Source: Callorhinchus milii (lineage: Eukaryota). From it: DNA of 64,000 nt. This document shows, piece by piece, positions 48,570 to 62,020 of this stretch. The notes beneath the pieces were generated by a model. That model saw only the letters and a program-made list of their open reading frames with translations. It did no database searches and had not been told where the DNA came from. Within the stretch, counting starts at the first letter, position 1. Each line of letters opens with the position of its first letter. The stretch spans positions 57,598,001-57,662,000 of the forward strand of contig NW_024704743.1 of assembly GCF_018977255.1 (NCBI RefSeq), written 5' to 3'. Made by a program: the position numbers and the translations under genes.

Positions 48570-51500
48570 GCCTGGCAATCCCTGTCCCTGCCATCCCGGC
48601 CATGACCACACAGCCTGAGGGCTGATGCCGTCCCGCAGATCGCTCACTCCCGGTCTCTGCGTGCGCGTTTTGGCTGCCGCCCTGACCCGAGCCTCCCCCT
48701 CCACTCTAAATGTCTCTCCTCCATCCCCCTCTATGTCTCTCCTCCCACCCCCTTCTATCTGCTACTCCCACTCCGTCCTTCTCTCCCACCGCCCTCTCCG
48801 CCTTCTCTCTCTTCTCGACCCCATCACCACTTCCCTCTGCTCCAGCCTGGGCATCCTCCGCCAGGCCCATCGTGGCTCCCGGCACTGGCTGTCCCAGAGC
48901 AGCAACCCCAAGTGTCCCATCATTCACTTCCTCCACACAAACTGCGTCCTTAAGGCAAACACAACTTCCCCCTCCCTCATCCGTACCCTCTCCAACTCTC
49001 CACTCCCACCACTCTCCACAACCATCTCTCCTGCATACCTCCACTCCACACCACTCTCTCCTCCATCCTCTCCCTCCAGCAAACCCACCCGCATTTCTCC
49101 CGAAAACGTCCGTTCCCTCTCAAACAAAGCCCTCACCATCAATAACCCCATCCTGGATGAGCACCTCGACATTCTTGGGCTCACAGAAACCTGGCTCTCC
49201 CCCAATGACCCCGTCCCCCTAGTTGAAGCCTCCCCTCCAGGCTACACCTTCCACCACACCCTCCCCCCGCCCATCCAAACTAACGTGGTGGCGGGGTGGC
49301 CCTCATCTCCAAGGCCTCCCTTGGTTTTACCCCGTACTCCTCTGGCTGCTTCCCCTCCTTCGAGCACTGCACATTCTTCCATCCCTCTCTCCCACTGAAA
49401 ATCCTTCTGGTCTACCGCCCCTCTAAGCCCCCCGGCTCCTTCCACACAGACATCTCTGCTCTCCTCTCTTCCCTGTCCCTCTGCTCCAAGCGCCTGCTCA
49501 TAATGGGTGATTTCAACCTCCACCTAAACTCCCCTTGCACTACTTCTGCCAATTTCACTGCCCTCCTGTCCTCCCTAAACCTCACCCTTCACATAAACTC
49601 ACTTACCCACAACCGTGGCCATGCGCTTCACCTCGTTATCACCCACGGCCTTGACATTTCCGACCTTAGCATAGTGGACAAGGCCATCTCGGACCACTTC
49701 CTCATCTCCTTCTCCTCTCACATCCCTCTCTCCTCCACCAAGTCCTCAACGATTCTCTACCGCCCATGGAAAAGGCTACCCCCTAAGCCCCTCAGAAAGG
49801 CCCTCACATCCTCAAGTATACTATCCCTCTCGCCTTCCACCCGCAGAGATCCTGAAGCAGCCATCCAGCTGCTCCATGATCGCCTCTCCTCCACCTTTAA
49901 CTCCCTCGTCCCCCTGAAAATCAGGACCATCTCCAAACCCACCTGATCCCCCTGGTATAACAATCATCTCCACTGCCTAAAAACTCAAACCCAGCAGCTC
50001 GAGCCAGATGACGGAAAACTAGCTTCCGCCGTTTTTTGACACGCACGAAAACGGCCTTCTACTCCAACATCATCTTGGAGGCAAAAAACAATCCTAATAT
50101 CATTTTTTCCACCACCCACTACCTCCTCCGTGCCCCCCCTCAGGCCTCCTCAATCTTAACATCCAATGCCAAGTGCGAGGAGGTCATGGACTTCTTTTCA
50201 TCCAAAATACATAACATCCGCCAGGCAGCCTCATCCTCCTGCCTCTTGTCACCCACCACCATCCCCTCTCTGTCCCCCTCACCCTCCCCATCATCAGCTC
50301 CAACCAAGACCCCTATCCTACGTTCCTTCCTCCCCATCTCTCCCTCCTCCCTCTCACCTACCATCACCTCAATGAAACACACCACCTGCTGCCTCGACCC
50401 CCTCCCCTCCAACTTGCTGGTCACCCAGCTCCCCCTCCTCTGCCCACTACTTATGTCATCAACCAGTCCCTCTCCTCTGGATCAGTCCCTGCCCCCCTCA
50501 AAACTGCTGTCATCACCCCCCTCAAAAAACCTTCCCTAGATCCCTCAAACCCCAGCCACTACCGTCCTATTTCAAACCTGTGCTTCCTCGCAATAGTCCT
50601 AGAATGCATTGTTGCAAATCAACCCGTGCACACCTTTCCTCCCACTCCCTCTTCGAACTCCTCCAGCCCGGTTTCTGCCCTGCTCACAGTACAGAGACTG
50701 CGCTTGTTAAAGACATAAATGACATCCTCTCTATCTGTGACCAGGGCTCCCTCTGCCTCCTTGTCCTCCTGGACCTCTCCACCGCGTTCGACACAGTCGA
50801 TCACGCCATCCTCCTCCACCACATTTCCTCCGTCATCCACCTCAGTGGGACCGCACTCGCCTGGTTCGAGTCCTACCTCACAAACCGCCAGCAGTACATC
50901 TGCACAAACGGCTTCTCCTCCCGCTCTCACCCGGTTACCTGTGGGGTACCCCAAGGATCCATCCTTGGTCCCCTCCTCTTTCTGATCTATATGCTCCCTC
51001 TTGGGGATGTAATCCGCAGACATGGGATACATTTCCACATGTATGCGGACGACACCCAACTCTATTTTGCACCTCACTTTGCCACCCCCAGTCCCCTGAT
51101 GTTCTGTCAGTCTGCCTTTCAGATCTTAGGGGCTGGATGAGCGCAAATTTTCTTCAGCTGAACGTTGACAAGACGGAAGCCATGCTCTTTGGCTCTCGTC
51201 AAAGTCTAAAATCTCAAGGTTCTCACCTCCTCCACATACCTGACCTCCCCCTTCAACTCTCCGAACCTGTAGGCAACCTAGGCCTCAGGTGCAACCCCCA
51301 ATTATCCTTCCTCCCCCACATCCGGTCCCTCATCAGCACCGCTTTCTTCCACCTCTGACGCAACGCCAGTCTCCGCCAATACCTCACTCCAAAAGCCACT
51401 GAAACCCTGGTCAGTGCCTTTGTCACCTCTCGGCTGGACTATTCAAATGCCCTCCTCGCCGGTCTCCCCTCCACTACCATCCATAAAATCCAGGTCATCC

Positions 51501-51948
51501 AAAACTCTGCCGCCCGCATTCTCACCCGCACCAAACTCCGCTCCCCAATTACCCCAGTCCTTGCCAGACTGCACTGGCTGCCTATCCCAGAGAGGATCGA
51601 CTTCAAGATCCTCACCCTTGTCCTCAAATCCCTCCACTCCTCTGCACCCCCCTACCTCTCTGACCTCTCTCCTCACAACAGTGCCCGTTGCCTTCGTTCC
51701 ACCGGGTCTGGCCTCCTCCTTGTCTCCCGATTCCTCCGCTCCACCTTCGGCGGCCGTGCCTTCAGCCACAATGCCCCAAGGCCCTCTCTTCCTATTCTCA
51801 GGTCTCGGCTGAAGACCCTTTTTCTCGACCGTGCCTTTGGTCACCTTCCACCCCCTCCCCCGGCTCGGCCCTGGGACCTGTTACTGTGAAGCGCTCTGAG
51901 ATGCCGTCCGGCATGGAGGGCGCTATATAAGTCCAAGTTGTTGTTGTT
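48570..51948 (+). mobile_element. Near-full-length L2 LINE (APE endonuclease plus RT), inactivated
   Basis: ENVRSLSNK, LDILGLTETWL, LLVYRP, MGDFNLH, SDHFLI; YRPISNL, HSTETAL, LDLSTAFDTVDH, GVPQGSILGP, YADDTQLY; several frameshifts and stops; stem-loop and (TTG)n tail. Confidence 0.95.
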
Positions 51949-53382
51949 AGGAGCAGATAGAAAATTGTGATCCTTTCAAACAGATTTTAAAACACATGGA
52001 ATCTGTTGTGAAACTGCACTTTTTCACTCCGATTCCACATTTTAGTTCCTTGAGTCTATCAGAGGATTCTGAATTAAAGGTTTATATCAAGGACACATCT
52101 TTTCTCCCCACCAATGTCTACCTAATTCAATCACAAGTAATTGGATGTCTAACCAGATTGAAATAGGATATATTTTGATAAGCAAAAACATAATGAAGAG
52201 TTAAACTGAGAATGAGACAATTAAATGAAAACAAATGTCAACGACTTACAAACCAAACATAATGGAAACAAATATTTTTTGCCTCAGTAAGACGATAAGC
52301 AGAAGATCTCAAAAGCAACAATAATCACATTGTATCTATCGTACTCATAAGCAGTAAAATTATTGAGATGAATTAGCTATGCCAGATCAAATAATACCAG
52401 TGCAAAAATCAGTTTCAAACCAAATTTGAAGTGTAAGTTAATGAAAGAGAATCTTGAATTGTAAGATGAGGAGATTTCATTGAGTTCTGGAGTGAAAGTT
52501 TTGAAAATATCTCCAGAGAGAAAGCACAAGGGTAAGAGAGCACACAGAAGGCCTGCAAATTGTAAACAGTATTATCACTTTGTGATGTTGTACTTTATGC
52601 TATTTACATGTCCTGCCTCAAATCCACCCTCAAAACCTACTTCTTTGACCTTGCCTATGGTCACCCCTTCCCCCCACTGTTGTAAACCATTATTGTACAT
52701 GAAGGGTCTATATAAATAAATTGTGGAATCTGCACCAGACATCACCCCAAATCTGATGGTAGAATAATATTTATGAGGAACAAAAAAGGAAACATTTTCA
52801 GTTGTGGATTTCTATTGCTCAAAGGTACCTGATTAACGAAATGGCAAATGATTCAGCAGAAACTGCAATGGATCATTGCCAGTGACCAGCTAAATTGCAA
52901 TAAATTGAGTAAAAACAGATCAATATTGAAAATGATTGGAAAATATTGAATCTAATTACTTTAGCTATGTCAAGGGTCCCTACATCATGAGTAAAATCTA
53001 ATTGAAATGTAAAATTCATAGACAAGTGTGACACAGGCAAATGAGGTGAACAGGACAAATACAATGCAAATGAATATAAGTCATGGATAGAGTGTTTTAC
53101 TGGAAATAAAACATTTTATTGGAAATTCTAACTATTTAAAAGAGTATAAGCAATTTTTTTTATTGTTTAGCAGATTGAGTTCAGTTTGAACAGATGAAAG
53201 TAAAGCGATGGAATTCTACCTCTAACAACCAGTCCAGGACGATGGAAGTGAACTCCATCTGTGGAATCAAACTTTTACCCAGCCGAAATTCACCAACAAA
53301 TCAGCCTCTTTTATTAGAGTAGAAAATAAATTCATCTTATTTTCCTTACAGCCTTGGCTCTTGCCAACCTGAGCCTAACACT

Positions 53383-53557
53383 TTCAGGAATTAGGTAAAC
53401 AGAATGCGTTCCTCCAAGGAGAGAATGTGTGTTCCATTTCAATCAATCTATCTCTGGGATATCCATGTGTAGGTGGGATGCATGGAAATCTCAGTTTGGT
53501 TTGGATACTCTTAAGCATGGTGATGGGTTTCCGTATGCGTCAGGCACCCAGCTGACT
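53383..53557 (+). repeat. Unclassified dispersed repeat, copy B
   Basis: Colinear with 1325-1482, 47251-47314 and the reverse complement of 40207-40322. Confidence 0.75.
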
Positions 53558-53649
53558 AAAAAAATATAAAAACACGGACCTGCAAGACAAAAATAAGTAA
53601 GATGACACCTACACATCCAAAACAGCAAAAACTATTGAAAAAAGATGTC

Positions 53650-54228
53650 AGCCTAGCTCAGTGGTTACCACTCTAGAACCTCTAAATCAGAAGACTATGG
53701 GATCAAGCCCAATGATGGACTTTGAATTCATAGTCTAGACTGATCTCATCCCTCAAGAATACCTACCCCACCATCCTTCCAGCACAGCATCAAGCTCTTT
53801 TTTAATTGATTCTAGTGTCTTGGTCTCAACCCCAGCAACCTGTTCCAGCCGTTCAGTGAGGACAAGGCCAGATTCAGCTTATTGGTCAAAAGGTTGTGGG
53901 TTCAAGCCCCATCCACATCGAGACTTGAATTCACATCGTCTTCTAGGCTGACTCTCCAATACAGTGCTGGGGTGTGCTGAATTGCTGGAGGTTCCATCTG
54001 CCTGGTCAAGTGGATGTTAGATCCTATGCCACTATTTAAAAAAAGTTTTTCAATAAAAAAATCGGTTACTCACTTAATGACTGTTTGCTGGATATTGTTG
54101 GGTGTAAATTGGTTGTGTTCATCTACAAATATACAGTCACTACACTTCCCAGTAAAATCCTGTGAAACTCTGTGAGATGATACAACACGATGAAGTGCAG
54201 TATCAAATGCAAGATTTATTAATATTAT
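53650..54228 (+). mobile_element. Two Deu-SINE pieces (53650-53742 and 53873-54228) separated by a probable CR1 remnant
   Basis: tagctcagtggttaccactc; ggttgtgggttcaagcccc; gtggatgttagatcctatgccactattt; tail. Confidence 0.7.
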
Positions 54229-54993
54229 TTAATTTACTGAAAAACAGTTGAGGTTAGTAGGACTAAAGTCAATCACAGTATCAAGAAATAATTTCTGCAG
54301 ACAGTGAAAATTATTATTTGTACAGTGATATATTAGTTATTTTGAAACTGGAAAAAGATGTTCGCTAAAGATAAATAATGTTTTCTATTAAATGTTTGAC
54401 AGAAACATTTCTGATGAATCTGAAGTAATTTTATGTCAAACTGATTAATGTTCCACTGAATTCAAGAAGGGGAACCTTTACAAGCTTAAAATGAGATACA
54501 GATGTGTGCATTTGTTTATTAGCTGTAGGTTAGATTGATGTGTATTTACATTAAACATAGTGTTAGACAGTTACCAACTAAATTTTTATTATTAAATATA
54601 TTTGAGCATAATTGCAATTATTGTATCTACTGCAATTCGTAAATGTTTGACTCAAGATCATGAAATGTTAAATTGTTATCCATTTTATTGATTATCTGAG
54701 ATGTAGATTCATAACAAAGGCCAGGGTACACTGTAAAAAATGTATGTTGTAATGACTAGAATTGCTTTTCATGCATACGAGGTACCTATTACAGTAATAA
54801 TCCCTTCTTTTGATAAAGTGCCTTACCATGTCAAAAAGTCTCAAAGTGCATTACAGTAATGATGATGATAATAATAATAATAATCTTGCATGTAATATAA
54901 CACCTTTTATGTCAAGGGGACGTTTCAAAGCACTTCACAGGTTTTGTTGTAATGTCTTCTGACTGTTTTGTAGCCAAACAAAACTTAATTACG

Positions 54994-56053
54994 CCTCTTC
55001 ACCTTCTATATGCTCCCCCTTGGTGACATCATCCGCAGACATGGGTTAACTTCCACATGTATGCGGATGACACCCAACTCTACCTTTCCTCCTCTACCCT
55101 CAACTCCACGACCACCGATGTCCTGACAGCTGCCTGTCCGACATCGAGTCCTGGACGAGAGACAACTTTCTCCAGCTCAACGTGCGTAAAACTGAGGCCC
55201 TCCTGATTGCCTGCGTCAGCGCCTCCGCACCTCAGGCGCTGACAGCATCAGCATCCAAGGCTGCACTCTCCACCTCTCAAAGCCAGTCAGGAACCTCGGT
55301 GTCCTGTTCGACCCTGAGCTGTCCTTTCTCCCTCATATCCGCGCCACAACTGGCACTGCCTTCCATCACCTCCGGAATATCGCCAGACTACGGCACTACC
55401 TCACCCCTCACGCTGCTGAAACTCTGGTCCACGCCTTTATCACTTCAAGGCTGGACTATGGGAACTCTCTCCTTGTCGGCCTTCCCGGCACCTCCCTCCA
55501 CAAGCTGCAGGTCATTCAGAACTCTGCAGCTCGTGTACTGTCCCGCACCAGGCTTCGCGACCACATCACTCCCACCCTCGCTCGCCTCCACTGGCTCCCC
55601 ATCCCCCAGAGGATCGAATTCAAGATCCTCATCCTCACCTACAAGGCCATTCACGGCCTCGCTCCCTCCTACCTCTCCAACCTACTATCCCCCTACCTAC
55701 CTGCCCGTACCCTCCGTTCCTCTGCCTCCGGTCTGCTCCACATGCCCCGCCCCAACCCTCCTACCATCGGTGGCCGGGCCTTCAGCCTCTCAGCCCCTAG
55801 ACTCTGGAACTCTATACTCCAGTGCCTTCGCCGCCTCCTCCCTTTCCTCCTTCAAGTCCGGTCTCAAGACCTTTCTCTTTGACCGTGTCTTCAGCTCCCC
55901 TCTCGACTCTCTACCCCCTCCTCGCTCCCTCCCTTCCCTCCCCTCACCCTGACCATTTCCCCCCTGCTCGGGTCCTGACCCAACTGTACAGCGCCTTGGG
56001 ATGTTCTCCCGACGTGAAAGGCGCTCTATAAATGGAATCTTGTTGTTGTTGTT
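54994..56053 (+). mobile_element. Young 5'-truncated L2 (~1.06 kb)
   Basis: [54 protein letters not shown]; stem-loop and (TTG)n tail. Confidence 0.95.
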
Positions 56054-56782
56054 AAGTGCAGTGATTCGGTATTTGTCTGCAATAGAAGAAAATAGCTGCA
56101 AATTATACATTTAAATCAAGTTTGTTAAATTCACAGAACAAGAATTTTACTCCTCATTTCAAGAAAGAAACCAAATGCATTTGCCCATGGCTTGCAATGT
56201 ACAGATACTTCAAACAGATCAGACAGACCTTTCTAAACTAAGTCCTTAGCATATGCTCCATGACAGATCACGGAATACTACAGGACTCTATTAGTCAGAA
56301 CACACTTGTTGAAATCAAGATAATCACTACTAATTATATATATTCATTAAGCTTCGTCTCTGACGGAAATATTTTGATGGACTTTAAACTGAACATTTTG
56401 GTTTATTTTGAGCTGGCAAATTCAGCCCTGAGGTGCCTATACCCAATTGAGGTTCACTGAAAATGAATACATGAGGCCATACAGGTTTCATCAGTGACAG
56501 TGAAACCCCACAAGAGTTGCTTGTGAAATGTCTTATTTCCTTGCTGACTGATTATATCAACCCCTTGAACTTCAGAGAAATATGACAGTGTTGAAAATCT
56601 TTAGGCTTTGAGATTATTAGTAAGGGACGGCTCTCGGGAATAACGGGTAACTTTTATATGACCGTGTCATTTATATTCTCTGATAGTGATGGGCATTTTT
56701 TGATTGATACCAAAAATAAAATAGCTTTTTACTGTTTCTTTATGGTCTAATTTTTTGCAGAATTTATTCCAGATAAATAGTA

Positions 56783-57230
56783 AATAATAATAATCCTTGC
56801 ATTTGATATAGCACCTTATCATGTTGTTGAAATGTCTCAAAGCTCTTCACAGAATATACTGTAAAGTGAATTGACTATATTTTGTGGGTGAAACACAACA
56901 GCGAATTGCACACAGCAGTGTCCCAGAAACGATCGTGGATAGATGGACCTCATTATTATTATTTTTTAATTGATTTTTTTTGAAGCGGTTATTACTCCCG
57001 GAAAAGCGATCTGCCAATGATTAAAAACCAGTTTCCTATTTACTAGATAAACAACAACTTGCATTTATACAGCGCCCTTCACACGAGATCGCATCCTGGA
57101 ATGCTTGACAGTGGAGGAGTCTAAACAAAGGCATGTGGAGTAAGAAAACTTGTCTAAGGTTTCACCCTGACTGGGAATTGAACCCTTGCCTTTGTGAAGC
57201 GAAGGCTCTAACCAATACGCAAAGGACCCC
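56783..57230 (-). mobile_element. Full-length tRNA-SINE (long form) with nested L2 tail at 57055-57121
   Basis: Head, central segment and tail present; nested insert flanked by TAAACAA at 57048-57054 and 57122-57128. Confidence 0.88.
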
Positions 57231-57271
57231 ATGAATTTGGCTTTGCTTTTAAATATTAGGTATCATTCTGC

Positions 57272-57420
57272 TTCAGTCGGTAGCATTCTTGCCTCTGAGC
57301 CACAAAAAGTTATGGTTTCAAGTCCAGTGTGAGACTTTGAGCTCATATTCTAGGCTGACACTCCAGTGCAGAGCTGGGGATGTGCTTCATTGTTGGAGGT
57401 GCTGTCCTTTGGATGGGACA
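57272..57420 (+). mobile_element. Deu-SINE 5' part
   Basis: tcagtcggtagcattcttgcctctgag...taggctgacactccagtgcag...ggaggtgctgtcctttggatg. Confidence 0.85.
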
Positions 57421-60180
57421 TTTTAGTCCCTGTTAATTTTTAAGGATTTTCAAAAAATAAATCGGGTGTTAGATCTGTCATTTAATGAACATTGGATAAC
57501 TGTGTATCTTCTGTTGAGACGATCTGTTCAGGCGTTTTACACAGCCTGCCAGAAACCTCACATCCCATTTAGTTGTACCCAACAAATCGATTTTGGCGTA
57601 AAATATAAGATAACACAGAATTGCAAAAGAAAGCTTGACTTGCTAGCTGGTCGCTGCAATGCTGAAAATGAACCAACTTCTAAATTAAGACTGAATTTAA
57701 GAATTTTCCACAATTGAAATCTTAATGACAAATTGTGCTTACAGATTAACATAGATGAGATTTGGGGTCACAGAGCACAATAAAGCTTGAGCAAGTCCTG
57801 TAAGTGTCTAGTTAGACTATCTTAGAATCTTCTTTCACACAGCAGGAGATCATTTAATACCTTTATATTAACACAGTTCTTACAGTACGGATTACAGGTT
57901 TAAATATGAAATAACATGAACATATTTGCTGGCAGAATATCAAGCCCTGATCACTTCCCTCCTACAATCCTCTCTCCCCCTCCACTTCACACATTGTTTT
58001 GGTTTCCAAACTATCTCTGTAAAGCACATTTGAGATATTATCCTACGTAAAAGATGTTATATAAGTGCAAATTTCTGGTATGTTACACAGATGTTAACAT
58101 CATCTAGCCATATTGCAAGATATATCAGGTGCAGTCTCATACAAAAAAAATACAAAATTACATTTGTATAGAGTGTTTCACATTGGGAGGATATCCCAAG
58201 GCGCTGGACACTCAGGGATTTGGAGGATAATATGCAACAGATCAGTTATACAATGGCTAACAGGGGTGGTGACAAATGGGATAGTTTATGACAGATTCCA
58301 TCTGTTCTGGAATTTGTTAATGAATCTGTCAAGAAACACTGCAATTGCAATTTTCCGGTTATTATTGAACATTGTCCACTGGGTGACACCCCCACCCCCA
58401 CCCCGTCTCTGCATTCAACAAGATGGTTGGGCTGAAGCTGGTTCCAAGATTCTCAATGATGGTAGCAATATTGTTCTTGATCTGGGGGTGCAGAGTTTCA
58501 TTGCTGCCTCATATAATCTATGTTGACACTGCATTGTTGGTGGGCTATTTTCACTGGGGCACTTGGGAAGCGGGGGCAAATGGGAAATTTCCAATTTCCC
58601 GAATGGCCATGTCCACCCCTGGCGGAGAGACCCTTTCCAATGGATATAATCTTATCAGAAAGTCCTCCAATTGTGTCACTTTGCTTCTTTTGTATCCCTC
58701 TCCTCCTGTGGTAATAGAAATAATAGAATATCAGTACAACTGGAGAATGTGCTATTGCCTAATACACAAGTCTCTGTGCATTTTTCCATGCAACTCTGTA
58801 CAAGCTCTGCGCACAATTTGTGACATTCCAGTACTCAGTTCCCGATTAAGTGCTCCTTATTCACTAAGCAATAGACAATCACACGTTTCCCACCTTAACT
58901 AACTCTGAGCTTAAATTAAGTGCTTGAATAAGGTTGTTATCTCACATTTCAAAAATTGTAACTCCAAATTTTCCTGTTGTTAATCAGTTGTCTTTTTTTT
59001 CCCCTCTGGGAGGAACATTTTCCCCATTTTTGTGAAAAATTGTGTTCAGTGGAAATCCTATAGTGATTTTTCATCCGCTAAATATAGGTCAATTATGTGC
59101 AATTAGGGAGTAGTTGGTGATTATTTGGTTAGAAACACGGAAGTACTGATAGACTAACTGATACATATGGATATAAGAAATAACACCCCTGTCTTATGTA
59201 AAGGAATAACAGCACAAAGAGATCCACTGTCCTGCCATTCTCCATAATGCATCTGAAATGTAGAGAATGAAAACAGATATGAAATATCAAGTAAATAAAA
59301 TCTCTTTGCTTTGTAATGTAGCTATTTAGGTCATGTCATAGCCTTTGTTAGAATAAAACGATACAGCTAGCTGTAAAATTAATCACTTGACTAGATGGAA
59401 TTGAAGGAGTGCTTGTGTATGAGATATTGGATCTCGGAGTTTGGTAAATGCTTTGTTTTTTTGAATCCCAGGCTTGATGTGGTTTTCTCTAGAGATGATT
59501 ATTTTTTGTACTGAGTACATGGATTTGTTTCAGGTTCGACTGTGTAACAAAGTACCAAGAGTTTAACAGGAGGGGAAATATGTATCATCAGAGCAAGCTG
59601 CTCATTCACCTCACGTGTGTTTCTGCAGTGAGAACAGAAGGAAGAGATTAAGAGCAGGCTATTCGTGCAGATTCATTAGTGTTGTGGTGCACTCAAATTT
59701 TTCTTGGCATTTAAAATGTGGACGAGAGTGACATCAGCATGCTGATGGCTATCGTACCAGGAACAGGCTGTTTATTAGGGAGACAGATGGGATGGCTTCA
59801 AAGCATCATGTGACAGATGCACAACTCAGGTGTAATTAAAGTGCCTCATTATGTGTCACATACTTGGAGGTTATCCCATGGGTCGCATTTCTTATCTACT
59901 CTTATCAACCACGGTGGATAGCCATGCTATACCAAGGGCTGACAACTATTCACAAACAGACAACACACACTGCATTGATAGAGAGAAAGAATAAGTGTCT
60001 GTGTGGTCTGTTTTTTTGTTGGATCCCTATGTTATTTTTAATTTGTGACAGATGCTTTGGCACGCAGGTGAGCATGAGGTCCTATCAGCATGTTGTCCTA
60101 TAATTGTGAGCAGGGGAATTGCCCGTCTGGTAATTCCACTGTTAAAAATATCTAAATATTGAAGAATAAGTGTAGGTATG

Positions 60181-60352
60181 TGCACCAAAACAAATTATGC
60201 AGCTGAAATGACCCGAATTTTCCCTGTTAGTGTCTGTTCTCGTTGAATACCAAATGTGCGACACATTTGCACTCTTCAGTTTGAAATATATTTATCTCTT
60301 CAAACAAAACGACATTCCTCTTGTGCAGAAACATAATGTTTGTTCCTGTGCA
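60181..60352. repeat. Small imperfect palindromic element (old MITE-like)
   Basis: Ends tgcaccaaaacaaattatg and cataatgtttgttcctgtgca; central hairpin caaatgtg-cga-cacatttg. Confidence 0.4.
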
Positions 60353-60769
60353 AATTCATTTCCTTTGTAGGGAATCCCACAGCTCTTACATTTTAGACAT
60401 CATGCTACCTCACAGAATTCAATCTCCAAATATTTGAACTGAGCAGGAAAGTCACCAAGGAGAATGGGCCATTACCTCCTAATGTAAACTAAGACAAAAC
60501 TGAGTTAATGTATTGTGTTTCAGGTAATCATGAACCACATCAGGCTCCAAAATCATAGGAAAACAGATAATACTAAAACTAGCTGAAAAAGTTTGATCAT
60601 GAAAATGATAATGGCCAATTATCCTTGGTGACTTTCTTCCTCAGTTAATATATTCCAACAAATCCAGTCACTACACCTTACAGTAATTCCTGTGACGTGC
60701 TTTGAGATGTCTCGATGTTTTGACAAGGGGCTATATCAAATCAAGGCTTATTATTTTATGCTATATCCA

Positions 60770-61150
60770 ATAATAGTCTTTAAAATTATGAAAGGTTTTG
60801 ATAGGGTAGACACAGGGAAGATGTTTCCACTTATGGGGGAGACCAAAACCACGGGCCATCAATATAAAATAGTCACAAATAGATCAAATAGGGAAGTTAG
60901 AAGAAATTTCTTCACACAGAGAGTAGTGTGAATGTGGAACATGCTACTACAAAAAGTTATTGAGGCAAATAGCACAGACGTATTTAAGGGAAAGCTAGAT
61001 AGGTACATGAGGGAGAAAGGAATAGAAGGTTATGCTTGAAGGTTTAGTTGAGGAAGGGCAGGAGGAGGCTCATGTGGAGCATAAACACCATAGACCAGTT
61101 GGGCCAAATGTCCTGTTTCTGTGCTGTATATTCTAATGTATTCTAATGTA
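60770..61150 (+). mobile_element. CR1 3' fragment, preceded by a SINE tail (~60660-60760)
   Basis: VFKIMKGFDRVDTGKMFPL...RRNFFTQRVV; 3'UTR and attctaatgt tail repeats. Confidence 0.9.
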
Positions 61151-61380
61151 GTACTTCACAGTCTTTCATAAGCTACTGTATAGTTTACATCATGAAAACT
61201 AAATGGTGCTAGACTTGTTTATGGAGAGAATAGTTTTATTTTTCAACTTATTTCTGTAGGTATTTACCTAACCGAAATAAGTATATTCATGCATATGCCC
61301 ATATTTAAACACATTATTTTACTGCATAGGTGGGATAAAGATTGTGCAACTGTACATGCATATTACAAATATACTGTAAC

Positions 61381-61778
61381 TTGGTGAAGTAGAAAATAGA
61401 ACAATTGCTGCTGTGGTGGAGCACTATACCATACAAACTAGATGGTTGTAGATTTAAGTTTTGTGCTGAGTTAATAGATCTCAGATAGAGATTGGTTGGG
61501 TATCCCACAATTGGTCTCAGTGTCTCTGGATTACAGGAAGAAATAATCAAATGGGATTTGTATTCCTGATCTCTATCCCCAGGCAAGCACTGCAAAATAT
61601 GTGTCTGTGGTCATCCGGTGAGGCCAAGATTAAGCCTTCTAAGCCGATCAACCTGCTCACTGTTCAGGCTCACTCATGAAGAATTGCCATTTTATGTGGC
61701 ACAGAAAGTTGTCAGCACATGTGGCATTTAATCTTTGTATGATTCTATGCCTTTAGGAGAAGAAAAGGGAGAACATTG
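61381..61778 (+). mobile_element. Near-full-length AmnSINE2-like ancient SINE
   Basis: ccatacaaac, tgtgctgagttaatagatctcag, acaattggtctcagtgtctctgg, ctcactgttcaggctcactcatgaagaattgcca, gcctttaggagaag, in the order I recall for the AmnSINE2 consensus. Confidence 0.7.
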
Positions 61779-61910
61779 ACAAAAAATCCGGATTATCCTA
61801 TTTCTTTGAATTTATTTGTATCTGACAATCGCCTTTAGATAGCAATTTTATATTTGCACTGAAATGTTATTTAATCAGTGTTTTTTTATTGCCTTGGACT
61901 GAGTGACAAC

Positions 61911-62020
61911 AATTCAGAGTAATCGTAAATCGTGCTTCGCTGTGAGATCATAATTCCGAGTGATTCGTGCTTTGCACAGTGTGATCATAATTCAAAGTGC
62001 AATGTGCTTTACAACAGACA
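61911..62020. repeat. Degenerate ~36-bp tandem repeat, about three copies
   Basis: aattc(a/c)(g/a)agt...gtgctt...gatcat recurs. Confidence 0.6.

Noticed and set aside
55182-55952. 256-aa Ser/Pro-rich ORF (also 45110-45649, 48710-49222 and antisense Gly/Glu-rich ORFs)
   Set aside because: Alternative frames of C-rich L2 sequence
61911-62020. ~36-bp periodic repeat
   Set aside because: Degenerate minisatellite without unique spacers
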